The notes: generated from the sequence alone by a model not told the origin. 62,995 nt of DNA, filler included, from Octopus bimaculoides (GCF_001194135.2; 3 parts of 3 records of this genome joined end to end with filler, not necessarily neighbours in it); one strand, 5' to 3'. Numbered from the whole stretch's first letter, positions 14,406 through 27,879 are shown. Numbers and translations are program-made.

Positions 14406-14700
14406 GTGAGTTTGTTTTCGTAGCGATTATTAAGTTTCTTCTGAAGTATAATAATTATCTATTATTTATTTTTTCCATTTAAATATTGAGAATAGCTGAA
14501 TATGCTTCGAGCCGTTTTGCTACGTCATTCTGTGATTGAAGTTCAAACATTTCTTTGACAGTCGTCGTCGTCGTCGTCGTCATCGTCGTAGTAGTAGTAG
14601 TAGTAGTACTAGTAGTAGTAGTAGTAGTACTAGTAGTAGTAGTTAGAGGAGGAGGAATGGACCAAGTGGGGTATTATTCCTAGTGGTAGTGGTGAGAATG

Positions 14701-14734
<34 letters not shown>

Positions 14735-16963
14735 TAGTAGTAGTTGCAGCAACTGTAGTAGCAGCAGCAACAGCAGGAAATAGGAAACAGCAGCAAGGAT
14801 GAGTATTACTGATAATAGTAACAATAAATGACTGTTCTTGTTGACATCTGGAGGCGATTGCTCCATCCTATAATCCTAACTGCAGTTATAACCATTTACT
14901 TATAACAGAATAACACCATATTCTATAATACTTATTATGTTCTATAATATTCTATAATACTTATAAAAGAAGGCTCTTTGCAAACATTGGGGCATCCATG
15001 AATGAATTGTGTAATAAAAATTTAGTGCAGCGAAAAATAATGTATTTCTCATAAAAACAATGGAGTTTGTTAACCTAACAATTTGTTAGGTTAACGTGAC
15101 ATACAAGGAATTGAAATGAAAGTATAAGGTGTGTCTAAGTGAATGCAATCGCTGTTCTAGTATTCCATTTTGTTTCACGAAGTGGGTGTATGTTCTTACT
15201 CGGGTTATACCAGTAGGTTATTTGGTGGGGGGGGGAGGCTCTGTTGTTACATACAGAACGAGTTCAAATGTCGCCGATTCCAACTTTGATTTTATTCGCC
15301 TGGGTGTTGATAAAAACTTTTTTTTTAATGGTTTTCGTACAGCATAATAGCAAAAGTAATTATTTTATTTCTTGTCGGCGTCATTAAGGATCGACAGAAC
15401 TTTACATTTATCTCCTATGCTTCTCCTTAAGTTTGAATTCCTAATTGATTAATTGTGTTTCGATGTTACTATACGAGATATTTATGACCGATTACTCCCA
15501 TTTCTATGAGAATCCTGCAGCTGCCATAAGGATTAGCTGATTTATGCTGGTGATATCGAGGCTCGTATCTATTTAAAATATGTATAAAATAGAGGAAATT
15601 CGTTTTATGCTGTAATGAACGCTATTTTGTCGTTTAGTTGCTGTAAACTATTAATTGATCTGATTGACCACACCTCTAACTCACAACCCCAGCTCGGCTA
15701 TACTTCACAATTTAACATTATATTTTATAAGAAACGACGCTTGTTCTTAGAAAAGAAATATTTCGTTGTTTGCTATATACGAGATAGATAGATAGATAGA
15801 TAGATAGACGTATACATGTATATAAAACTCACCTTGTGAAAATATACACGAAAATATTTTTAGTAAATGTATCCAATATTCCTGAGCTGACAACATAATT
15901 TTGTAAGTTTACTGTCATATATAGAAATGCATAAAAAAAAAAACAGAAAAAAAAACAGCCCCTCATGCTGAAATATACAGCATTTCTTTTTTTTTAAGGA
16001 AAACATTTGTATATATTTAAAATCGTAATGTATTTTAAACCCTACAAACACACAACTGTGTATGTACACACAGACACACACATGCGTGTGTGTATGTATT
16101 GGAAGATGAGTTAGGTAGTTGACAGACATGTGTTGTGGTTATATACTATGGAACTTCGCGTTTTGAGTTCAATTCGTATTGATGTCACGTCTGTCATTTA
16201 CACTTTGCTGAGAGGAACATATATATACATATATAAGCAAAACCTAACTTGAGCTTGACCATAAGTACCTACAATGATATCATATACTGCTAAAGTAATT
16301 TTATATTTTGTGAAAAGGTATTTTTGATAAGACGTATTGCTGAACGAAGATAACCAAGAATTTAGCTTGGAGATTAAGGATTCTTGTGTTGTTTTCATAA
16401 CGTTTTACGAGCTTAGAAATGCACGGTGATAGCTAAGGGATAGTATTTCTGCTACCCTTTCTGTATGTGAATTGAAATAATGATATCATCGGAGAATCTC
16501 AGACCAAGTAACAAATTACCCGGAAAAAATAATTAAATGAAGCGGATTATCTGGTTTGTTAATTTTTTTTTTTCTAGACAGGTGTTAGTATTTGGTGAGA
16601 TTTTGGCTTAAATTTTCAGAAACGCCTTACGAATCCATTCTTGATAATTTTTTAATGCCTTTTAGGGATAAGGATTAAGCTTGTAAACAGTATATCTTTT
16701 AGGTATAAATAATAAAAAAAACAACTTTGTAAAACATGCCGTTTCCAAGAAGTTACTATCCGTACACGAAATCATATTTAATCGCCGGTAATTTGAATGG
16801 TTTCCGAAGACTTCCATCCTTTTGCCATTTATAATAAAGCTTATCTGTTAGAATATTTTTCCAAACATCGAGATTTTTAACTCCATTGACCACACTGAAA
16901 CTTAAACGATCTTGTAAATTGTTGAATACCAAAATATATAAAAAGAAAAAGAAAGAAAGAAGA

Positions 16964-17190
<227 letters not shown>

Positions 17191-18677
17191 AATATCGTAA
17201 TAATAAAACTTAATATAAATCTCAGCCCATAGAATTTAGAATCGTTGTATCGTTATTGTAGGAATTCCATAATAGATTACAGAATCTATTTAATTTGATC
17301 TGATAATATGTTTCTTTGATTTGATATTTCCTCGACGTTAAAATGTGTCTTTTAACAAAACAGTTAATTCTGCTTTTGGTTGAGGAATGCTTTTGTAGAT
17401 TCCGGCTCGCATATAGATAATGTCGGAGTAACTTGAAATATCTTCGAAACTTGATTACAATTATCTGAAGAATTAGTTCCAATTAACGAGGAAATATATT
17501 CAGGGACACATGTATTTCTAGCCTTGTGCCAAAATTTGAAACCAGTATTTACATCGACAATTTATTCAGAAATATTTGTCCTTCGTTCAGTAGCATTCAA
17601 GTAACTTGTTAATGAATATGTGCACATTGTCGCCCTGGACTCGAAAACAGCAACTTTAATTGAAGAAAAGATTACAAGGCAATGTTGTGTATACACCAGG
17701 CCATGCATCTACTGGTGTATACACAGTTAATGCTAGGTGTATTCTTTTCATTAATGGCAGCATATTGAATTGATACCAACTTTAGGTCTACTAACATTTC
17801 TGTAATATCGATGCTAGAATGATCTGATATTTCCTCAACGTTAATGTTTTGCGTGACTTAATTTTACTTCTGGCTTAGCAATACTTTCGTAGATACAAGA
17901 ACACACATGGATAATAACTGAGTAAATTACTGTAGCTTCTAAACATGATTACTATTATCTGAGAAATTAGTTCTGTAAAACTAAGACTGTAAGCTATACT
18001 TACAGAGAGATTAAGTAACCACTAAACAAAGGGTCTCTCACTCAAATCGGTTATTCACAGGTTCGTCCAATCCATATGTTTTGATCGAAAGAAATATCTG
18101 GGTTTATATATNNNNNNNNNNNNNNNNNNNNNNNNNNNNNNNNNNNNNNNNNNNNNNNNNNNNNNNNNNNNNNNNNNNNNNNNNNNNNNNNNNNNNNNNN
18201 NNNNNNNNNNNNNNNNNNNNNNNNNNNNNNNNNNNNNNNNNNNNNNNNNNNNNNNNNNNNNNNNNNNNNNNNNNNNNNNNNNNNNNNNNNNNNNNNNNNN
18301 NNNNNNNNNNNNNNNNNNNNNNNNNNNNNNNNNNNNNNNNNNNNNNNNNNNNNNNNNNNNNNNNNNNNNNNNNNNNNNNNNNNNNNNNNNNNNNNNNNNN
18401 NNNNNNNNNNNNNNNNNNNNNNNNNNNNNNNNNNNNNNNNNNNNNNNNNNNNNNNNNNNNNNNNNNNNNNNNNNNNNNNNNNNNNNNNNNNNNNNNNNNN
18501 NNNNNNNNNNNNNNNNNNNNNNNNNNNNNNNNNNNNNNNNNNNNNNNNNNNNNNNNNNNNNNNNNNNNNNNNNNNNNNNNNNNNNNNNNNNNNNNNNNNN
18601 NNNNNNNNNNNNNNNNNNNNNNNNNNNNNNNNNNNNNNNNNNNNNNNNNNNNNNNNNNNNNNNNNNNNNNNNNNNNN

Positions 18678-19090
18678 GCACAGACAAAGGGATTAAATCG
18701 ATTACATCGACCCCAGTGCGTAACTGGCACTTAATTTATTGACCCTGAAAGAATGAAAGGTAAAGTCGACCTCGGCGGAATTTGAACTCAGAACGTAAGG
18801 GCAGACGAAATACCGCTAAGCATTTCGCTCGGAGTGCTAACGTTTCTGGCAGCCCGCCGCCTTTTATAAATATAATCTTTTCTGCTCTAGGCACAAGGCC
18901 CGAAATTTTGGGGGAAGGGGGACCAGTCGATTAGATCGACCCCAGTACGCAACTGGTACTTAATTTATCAACTCCGAGAGGATGAACGGCTTAGTCGACC
19001 ACGGCGGAATCTGAACTCAGGACGTAAAGGTAGATGAAATACCACTACGCATTTCGCCCGGGGTGCTAACGCTTCTGCCTCCTCGTCGCG
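18678..19090 (-). mobile_element. Two tandem family-A SINE copies (18678-18861, 18874-19090)
   Basis: Both align by eye to 7281-7490 (TCGACCCCAGT..CTGGTACTTAATTTAT..GTCGACC.CGGCGGAATTTGAACTCAG..GCTAACG). Confidence 0.85.
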
Positions 19091-19423
19091 TTGATCATCT
19101 GAAAATATTTTAAAGAATTTCTAATACTGATATCATCCATGTGTGTTTATATTTATAAACAATACAGCCATGCGCAGATTAACCATATATAAGAATAGTT
19201 ACAAATAAGAACTGCATCTAGAGCAAAAGGTTTGTATTACAGAACGGAAGCTGTGAGATGCATAATGCTAGGATTAGAAGAATATTGGAAAGCCAAGAAT
19301 TGCTGAAGATGTATTATGGGAAGAAATAAATCATGTAATTCTATTGAATGGAATTTGCATGACTGATAGATAATCATTATGAAAACTTGGAATAAACAAA
19401 GAATAAGTGTTTCAGGATTTCTT

Positions 19424-19476
19424 TGAACATAATCTGTGAACATAAATCTGTGAACATAAATCTGTGAACATAAATC
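19424..19476. repeat. 14-bp minisatellite TGAACATAAATCTG, about 4 copies
   Basis: Directly visible tandem units. Confidence 0.9.
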
Positions 19477-19554
19477 CATTGGTGACAACAGTTCAATATG
19501 TCTGACATTGATGTAATAAATAAACAAATGGATAGGCGCAGGCTCGAAAGTGTC

Positions 19555-19695
19555 GATAAGGAGGTTGCTTTGCTATCATAAGGTTTGTGGTTCAGTCCCA
19601 TTGCGCAGCACCAGGGTCGAGTGTCTTCCATTGTGATTCCGGTCCGACCAGTACCTTATGAGTGAATTTGGTAAGGTGGAAACTTTGTGAAAGCC
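19555..19695 (+). mobile_element. Degenerate family-B SINE head
   Basis: GGTTCAGTCCCATTGCG..GTGTCTTC..CCGACC..TGAGTGAATTTGGTA resembles 61588-61750. Confidence 0.6.
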
Positions 19696-19699
19696 ATGT

Positions 19700-19878
19700 G
19701 CGAGGTGGGAGAAACGTTAGCGCGCTGGACGAAATGCTTAGCGATATTTCGCACGTTGCTACGTTCTGTGTTCAAATTTCGCCGTAGTCGACTTTGAACT
19801 CAGAACCAATGGGCAGTCGAAATGCTACTAAGCATTTTTGTCTGGCGCTGTACCTACCGATTCTACCAGCTTGCCGCC
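19700..19878. mobile_element. Two family-A SINE 5' halves fused in inverted orientation
   Basis: 19700-19796 is a plus-strand head; 19795-19878 is a minus-strand head (GAACTCAGAAC..CTAAGCATTT..GATTCTACCAGCTTGCCGCC). Confidence 0.75.
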
Positions 19879-20311
19879 CTTGTATATGTAAATACTAACA
19901 TACGTAAAAATCCATTTGAAAACTATAGTCATTTTAATTATAAGCGTATTTACAATAATAACTTAACACATGCGTGTAGACACTTAAATATATACAAAGT
20001 TACGTAAATTGATCTTTAGTTGTAGGAGCAACACATAAATATTACTAGTAATGTGACATGAAGTAATATGAAAGTATACACAGTAACTTTATACAAAGCA
20101 ATTATAATTTTACGGATCTCACTTATCGAAAGACAAAATACAGGTTATTTCTTGAATTATCACAATATCTGAAGCAATATATCGCCAGATATCCAAATTT
20201 GGTTTCAAATATTCTTAGGTATTTCCCGATGGCATAGCGATAGCAATAACCAGTTGGTAGAACTCAGTGTACATATGTTTTAGTGCAAAGTGTTAGGCGA
20301 GAACAGATCTT

Positions 20312-20497
20312 AATATTGGCTTTAAGTTTTGGCACGGGGCCAGCAATTTTGAAGGAGGGGTAAGTCGATTATATCGAACCCCTCCCGGGTACTCAACTGG
20401 CAGTTATTTTATCGACCCCAAAATGATGAAAAGCAAAGTTGACCTCGGCGGAATTTAAGCTCAGAACATAGAGACGGACGAAATGCCGCTAAGCATC
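20312..20497 (-). mobile_element. Family-A SINE, 5' truncated
   Basis: Shares TTTTATCGACCCC..GACCTCGGCGGAATTT..CTCAGAAC..GCCGCTAAGCAT with the other copies. Confidence 0.8.
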
Positions 20498-20825
20498 TTT
20501 GAGTACAGGACATAATATTAGTTAATGAAATGATAAGAGATCATGAGTCATAGAATCACATTCATTAGCTTACAGTTGTTTCTGAAATACGAAGCAGTGT
20601 GCTCAGAATGCAGATGCAACACGCTTTAGCTTCCTCAGAGCCATTAATGAGAAAGTAATTCATGCATAAATATTTAGAGGTATTAACTATACGTGGATAA
20701 TGTATAATGTATGCATAAATATACTTAGGCATGAAGCTCGTGTGGTGATGCATCTCTCATTAAGTGAAGCCTTTTATTTTTCAACTCTGTTGTCCCTCAT
20801 TTATTGTGTGTATATATATATATAT

Positions 20826-21010
20826 GGGAGAATATACAAATAATAACAACAGACGAGGACAGATGGTGTAAATAACAAAAGGATATATTAGTATGACACT
20901 CGGGAATACGGAAAGTCTTTGACGTTTCGAGCTACGCTCTTCAACAGAAAGAATACGGAGACAAGGAGAAAAACACGGAGAAAAAAATGGAATAGTGTTC
21001 AGTCAACGGT
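20826..21010 (-). mobile_element. Penelope-type pseudo-LTR/terminal repeat carrying a hammerhead motif
   Basis: 20826-20923 is a near-identical reverse complement of 24666-24764 and contains the hammerhead fold listed next. PLE assignment follows from the known PLE-hammerhead association. Confidence 0.65.
20916..20952 (-). ncRNA. Minimal type I hammerhead ribozyme-like motif
   Basis: Minus strand UCUUU-CUGUUGA-A-GAGC(GUA)GCUC-GAAA-CGUC^AAAGA: stem I UCUUU/AAAGA, stem II 4 bp, palindromic ACGU stem III, GUC cleavage triplet. Core A6 is U in this copy. Confidence 0.6.
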
Positions 21011-21459
21011 CAATCATATACATATATACATATATGTACACACACGCACATATATGTATATATACGTATATATATACATGTATATATATATACATATATA
21101 TACGTGTGTATAAATGGTATATATATAAACATATACCTATAAGCGAATACACATATAGCTATACACGCACAAGTATAATGTGTTTGAATATAAATCAGAG
21201 ACGCATACTTCCATATTTATCGGTATATCTAAATCTACCTATATATATATATATNNNNNNNNNNNNNNNNNNNNNNNNNNNNNNNNNNNNNNNNNNNNNN
21301 NNNNNNNNNNNNNNNNNNNNNNNNNNNNNNNNNNNNNNNNNNNNNNNNNNNNNNNNNNNNNNNNNNNNNNNNNNNNNNNNNNNNNNNNNNNNNNNNNNNN
21401 NNNNNNNNNNNNNNNNNNNNNNNNNNNNNNNNNNNNNNNNNNNNNNNNNNNNNNNNNNN

Positions 21460-21494
<35 letters not shown>

Positions 21495-21829
21495 AGGCAC
21501 TGATACACACACACACGCATATATACGTCCGCAGTAACTTCGGAACTAGCTCTCCCCTACATAGGAAAACACATCTGGTTATACTTAGAGAGCCATAACA
21601 TCGAGTTAACATCTCTTGCATGCAGAAATCTTTTAGGAAAACACAGCAGTGTATTGGCAGGAAGTGCAGTGAAATTAAGCTGCATTGAATCCAAACAAAA
21701 ATTAACACCATACCTACTTCCTGTATACACACATACACACACACTCAGTCACACACACAGTCACAAACACATATTTATATATACATAGACCACCATATAT
21801 ATATATATACGTGCATATAGACATATGTA

Positions 21830-21890
<61 letters not shown>

Positions 21891-22204
21891 GTCATTATTA
21901 TTATTATTATTATTATTATGAATGTTATTGTTAATATCTGTACATGTTGTACGTTGAATTTAGTGACGTTCATACTTCTTCAACTCTCATTAAAATATGT
22001 CATGTTGAATTAACGTTAATTGCTTTGGAGACATCTGAAGACATTAGAGAGATAATATCTAATGCGTCCAGACGTATAAACTACTCAGGATATATGTCTA
22101 CATATATATATATATATACCTAGATATAGTTATATACGGAGCAGTTGATATTTTTTTCTATTTCGACTGAAATACGCAAACACATAGAATACATACATGT
22201 GTAT

Positions 22205-22251
<47 letters not shown>

Positions 22252-22966
22252 NNNNNNNNNNNNNNNNNNNNNNNNNNNNNNNNNNNNNNNNNNNNNNNNN
22301 NNNNNNNNNNNNNNNNNNNNNNNNNNNNNNNNNNNNNNNNNNNNNNNNNNNNNNNNNNNNNNNNNNNNNNNNNNNNNNNNNNNNNNNNNNNNNNNNNNNN
22401 NNNNNNNNNNNNNNNNNNNNNNNNNNNNNNNNNNNNNNNNNNNNNNNNNNNNNNNNNNNNNNNNNNNNNNNNNNNNNNNNNNNNNNNNNNNNNNNNNNNN
22501 NNNNNNNNNNNNNNNNNNNNNNNNNNNNNNNNNNNNNNNNNNNNNNNNNNNNNNNNNNNNNNNNNNNNNNNNNNNNNNNNNNNNNNNNNNNNNNNNNNNN
22601 NNNNNNNNNNNNNNNNNNNNNNNNNNNNNNNNNNNNNNNNNNNNNNNNNNNNNNNNNNNNNNNNNNNNNNNNNNNNNNNNNNNNNNNNNNNNNNNNNNNN
22701 NNNNNNNNNNNNNNNNNNNNNNNNNNNNNNNNNNNNNNNNNNNNNNNNNNNNNNNNNNNNNNNNNNNNNNNNNNNNNNNNNNNNNNNNNNNNNNNNNNNN
22801 NNNNTCTATCTATCTATCTATATATCTATATATCTATCTATTTGTCTGTTTGTCTGTCTATCAGTGTGTATGTCTGTCTGTCTGCCCATCCGTCTGTTCG
22901 TCTGCCTGTCTGTCTGTCTATCTATCTATTTATGTATGTATGTATGTATGTATCTGTCTGTCTGTC

Positions 22967-23015
<49 letters not shown>

Positions 23016-23262
23016 GTGTGAGTGTGTGTGTGGTTCCAATACAAGAATAAGATAGACGGGATTAAAACGACGGTAATGAACCTTCTTATAGATTCCCTGG
23101 GTTAGGGTCCACCCATGTTTAAAATTTAAGGTACACACTGCGCATTATACACAAATACACAGTAAACTTAAACATATGCTCGCACACATGCACACAAACA
23201 CGCATACAAATACGTACACACGCACAAACACACACACACTCACACACACACACACATATATG

Positions 23263-23422
23263 TAGCCGTGGCTGTGTGGTAAGAAACTTGCTTACCAACC
23301 GCATTGTTCAGGGTTCAATCCCACTGCGTGGTACCTTGTGCAACTGTCTTTTCCTGTAGCCTCGGGTCGATCAAAGCCTTGTGAGTGGAATAGGTAAAAG
23401 GAAACTGAAAGAAAATCATCGT
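23263..23422 (+). mobile_element. Family-B SINE head (TGGCTGTGTGGTAAG..GGTTCAATCCCACTGCG)
   Basis: A-box/B-box-like motifs; homologous to 61588-61750. Confidence 0.8.
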
Positions 23423-23450
23423 ATATATACGTGTATATATATATATATAT

Positions 23451-23550
23451 NNNNNNNNNNNNNNNNNNNNNNNNNNNNNNNNNNNNNNNNNNNNTTAATT
23501 AATTAANNNNNNNNNNNNNNNNNNNNNNNNNNNNNNNNNNNNNNNNNNNN
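23451..23550. other. Artificial scaffold-join spacer (44 N + TTAATTAATTAA + 44 N)
   Basis: Exactly 100 bp with a palindromic six-frame stop linker; identical structure at 41486-41585. Confidence 0.9.
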
Positions 23551-24331
23551 GTGGTAGTGGGTGTTGGTGGTGATGGTTGTGGTGGTGGTGGTGGTAGTGG
23601 TGGTGTTGATGGTGGTGGTGGTGGTTGTTTTTTTCTTAATTTCAACTTCCACAAAGGAGACGACAAAAGAGACCCTAACAGCTGGTGGGAAAGGGGCTGG
23701 GTGGTCCTTGCACAACAGGGAAAAACACACAGTATGCGGGGGGGGGATGAGACACTCAGACTCTCTCTCCCTCTTTCTGTCTATCTGTTTATCCATCTCA
23801 CTCACTCTCTATCTGTCTCTACATATATAATCATCCATTAATTAATCAGTCATTCTCTCTCTCTCTCTCAACACACACACACACATATATAATATATATA
23901 TAGCCATCGATCTATCTATCTGTTTATCCATCTCTCTTGCTTCTCTGTCAGTCTGTCTCTCTCTATTTACCCATCAATCAATCTATCTGTCTGTTTCTCT
24001 CTCTTTCTCTCTCACCCCTCCCCCCCACTNNNNNNNNNNCATATATATTTCTTTCTATTCATGTATCTGTTTGTCTATCTGTCAGTCTATATATATATGT
24101 ATTTAGGTATAAATATAATGTATGTATGTAGGTAGGTAGGTATGTATGTGTGTGCGTGCGAGTCACCGTGTGTGCGTATTTCGTAATTTTCTCCAAGACT
24201 CTCTGCACGCATCTGTTTCCAGACGAAACTCAGAGTCGCGAGAGACAGACCAGACCAAAATAAAATACATTATTATCCCCCTACCAGGGTCTGGAGTACT
24301 CTTTCTTCCGACAATCAACACTAAACACACA

Positions 24332-24396
<65 letters not shown>

Positions 24397-24665
24397 ATTC
24401 TGTCTAACGTACGCAAATTTACATATACTCTCGCTCAGACACACACGCATGGTCTTTCTCTCTCACACACACAAATTCACATGCATTCTTTCTCTCTCAG
24501 GCGCGCGCGCNNNNNNNNNNNNNNNNNNNNNNNNNNNNNNNNNNNNNNNNNNNNNNNNNNNNNNNNNNNNNNNNNNNNNNNNNNNNNNNNNNNNNNNNNN
24601 NNNNNNNNNNNNNNNNNNNNNNNNNNNNNNNNNNNNNNNNNNNNNNNNNNNNNNNNNNNNNNNNN

Positions 24666-24763
24666 GTCAAAGACTTTCCGTATTCCCGAGCGTCATACTA
24701 ATATATACTTTTGTTATTTACACCACCTGTCCTCGTCTGTTGTTATTTTTTGTATATTCTCCC

Positions 24764-24764
<1 letters not shown>
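24666..24764 (+). mobile_element. Penelope-type terminal repeat fragment, same family as 20826-21010
   Basis: Starts GTCAAAGACTTTCCGTATTCCCGAG right after an N gap, i.e. at the hammerhead GUC; the rest of the motif would lie in the gap. Confidence 0.65.
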
Positions 24765-24802
<38 letters not shown>

Positions 24803-25076
24803 TACAAATATATTTACACACAGCAAACGTATATAAAAATATACATATACACACATTTTGATTTCTATTTTTCCTGCTTGAATCACCATACCAATATATA
24901 TACATACATATACATGTATATATACACACATATATATACATATACATACATACACATATATATACACATATACATACATATATACAACACACACACGCAC
25001 TCATTTTTCCGTGACCTTGTCTGCTTCACTCTGTCTCTCCTTCACACACACACACACATATGTACACTCACACGTA

Positions 25077-25114
<38 letters not shown>

Positions 25115-25570
25115 CACGCGCTAGATATAGCAGCTAAATACCCTCGGATCAGACAGACAGCCTACAATCTTAAACAAAGGGCGCACTGGTTAATATATAC
25201 ACAATTAATGTAAGAGAAATGAACGTGAGGGGCATGTTTGGATTGACTGATCGTAGTTTTGTTGAACGAGACTCGAGACCCACACATGCTTATATATATA
25301 GGTATGTATGAATGGATATATATCTGTATGAACACACACATGAAAGTGAGATAGCCTCTATATGGGCGCTAGAAATAACAGCCAAATCTTTAATCACGAA
25401 CTCTCTACAAGCGATATAATCATATATGTATCTTTAGATACACACATATATACAGACATATGTATATGTATATATGTATAAAGACGAGATAGGCATGATT
25501 GGAACGCCCTAGAGTTAAATACAGAGCTACGTTTATGGTTACATATGCACACAACCACAACAAAACAAAG

Positions 25571-26010
25571 TGGTACCTAGATCTGCGAGAAATAGCAGCC
25601 AAATCACCCTACTCTCTTATCTATGTATATATGTATGAGCTAATGAGGGACACCTCTACGTGGTAGCTGGACCTGGTAGAAATAGCAGCCAAATCTCCCT
25701 CAAATCAGACCCTACTCTCTTATCTATGTATATATGTATGTATGAGCCAATGAGGGAGACCTCGACATGGTAGCTGGACCTGCTAGAAATAGCAACCAAA
25801 TCTCCCTCAAATCATACTCTAATGTCTTATCTATGTATAATTGTATGAACCAACGAAGAAGACCTCTAAATCGTAGCTAGACCTTGTAGAAATAGCAGCC
25901 AAATCTCCCTCAAATCACACTCTACGGTCTTATGTACGTAGAGACCTAAACATGGTATTATATCTGCTAGAAATAGCAGCTAAATCTCAATCACTCCACG
26001 ATTTTAAACA
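25571..26010 (+). repeat. Tandem array of five 82-107 bp units with core TGGTAGCTGGACCTGCTAGAAATAGCAGCCAAATCTCCCTCAAATC
   Basis: Unit starts at about 25571, 25661, 25768, 25871, 25953; isolated cores also at 25120 and 25368. Confidence 0.9.
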
Positions 26011-26150
26011 AAGAAAGGTTAGACAATGATGTTGGAGGAAGACGAAAATAAAATGGAATAAGACGCGATGGTCACAGCTGGAGAGGCTTTCATCGAAGGT
26101 AGCCGCAATAGTAGGAAAGGGTTTCATTCGAGGAGGGAAGGTTAAAAACC

Positions 26151-26182
<32 letters not shown>

Positions 26183-26925
26183 AAACATCAACGTTTGGTA
26201 AAACAAAAAGAAAAAAACGTATCTATGTCGTCCATAGATACAGCTGAAAGGAAACGATGGGAAGGTCACAGCTGGAGCGCCATCGATCCGAGAACTGGTC
26301 GCTCGGTCACGGCCACCCTGGGGCAACATAATAACAACAACGAAAACAAGGTGGAAAAAATAAACACAAGGCGCTTGTGTATATAACTTACCACAGTGAT
26401 TGGTTTAGCCATTATTAACTATATAATATGTAAATATATATTGTATATATATATATACGTGTATATATACGCTGTATATATATATATAGTCTTTGGTGAA
26501 GACTTAAATATATTTTTCAATATCCTTTATCCGTTGTCTCGGGTCAAAATGTAGAATGAGTAACGAACAGTATGTATAAATATATATACACAAATATATG
26601 TGTGTGAGCGTATATACCAAGTCAAACCAGAGTGTATATGTATATATGTGTATATATACAGCCCTTATTCGTTGTAGATCTTTATGATTCGGGGTGAAAA
26701 CAGTCTTTGGATATATACACATGTACCGTGTTGTATATATCTATATGGTGTGCGTAAAAAGCCCGTGCGCGCACGTGTATATATAGCGTAGAAGCGTGTG
26801 GGTGGGTGTGTATAAAAACAGTCTGTTTTGTTTATATATCTATGAGGTAGTATGCGTATATACTTCCTATTCTGCTCTCACACGTTCTCTCTTTCTTTTT
26901 TAATCTGTGTATGCGCGCGTATGTG

Positions 26926-27006
<81 letters not shown>

Positions 27007-27028
27007 GTATATACGGGTGTGTGTTTAC

Positions 27029-27061
<33 letters not shown>

Positions 27062-27523
27062 ATGAAATCGATGTATGGATTGGATATACTCTCCGTATAT
27101 ATACCCGCGTGTGTGTATATCAATGAGTATATATTCGTTATTTTATATATATTGTATACATTTATATACACACGCACACACAACTATATATTAGTTAATT
27201 GATAAGGATATTTTGGTGAATAAAATTCCCCACAAAATAATACACACACATGTATATAAATATATCTATATATAGACAGAAATATATACATATATGTATA
27301 TATATATATATGTGTGTAGATGTATAAGCACCTTGGAATGGCGAGTGAAAGCCAAGTAAGAATTGATTTGTCTAAAATACCTGTACTCTGGGTTTTATAT
27401 ATAGCTGTGACTGTTAATGACGTCACTGACCTAATATATATTCATGAGCCTACGTTAGCTAGCAGAGGGAGGTGGGGGTGCTGTGTTTTTGCAACTCTGT
27501 CTGTCTGTCTGTCAGTCTGTCAA

Positions 27524-27558
<35 letters not shown>

Positions 27559-27770
27559 ATCCGTCTGTCTGTCAGTCTGTATATTTGTCTCGCTATGTAT
27601 GTATATTTGTCTCGCTATGTATGTATGTATGTATGTATGTATGTATGTATCTATCTATCTATCTGTCTGTCTGTCCCTCTGTCCGTCTGTTCATCCATCC
27701 ATCTTTCTGTTCACCTGTCCACCTTCCATCTGTCTGTCTGTCTGTCTATATGTCACCCCATGTATGTATG

Positions 27771-27879
27771 TGCTTACCAACCACATGGTTCTGGGTTCAG
27801 TCCCACTGTGTGGCACCTTGGGCAAGTGTCAATTACAATAGTCTCGGGCCGACCAGAGCCATGTGAGTGGATTTTGGTA
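27771..27879 (+). mobile_element. Family-B SINE head fragment
   Basis: TGCTTACCAACCACATGGTTCTGGGTTCAGTCCCACTG matches 61588-61750. Confidence 0.8.

Noticed and set aside
15259-15302. Minus-strand micro-exon ANKSKLESATFELV with CAG/GTATGT ends
   Set aside because: Weak pyrimidine tract, unrecognised peptide and no partner exons; compatible with chance.
23495-23506. TTAATTAATTAA island inside N runs (also 41530-41541) as a biological motif
   Set aside because: Identical 44N-12bp-44N layout and six-frame stop content indicate an assembly linker.
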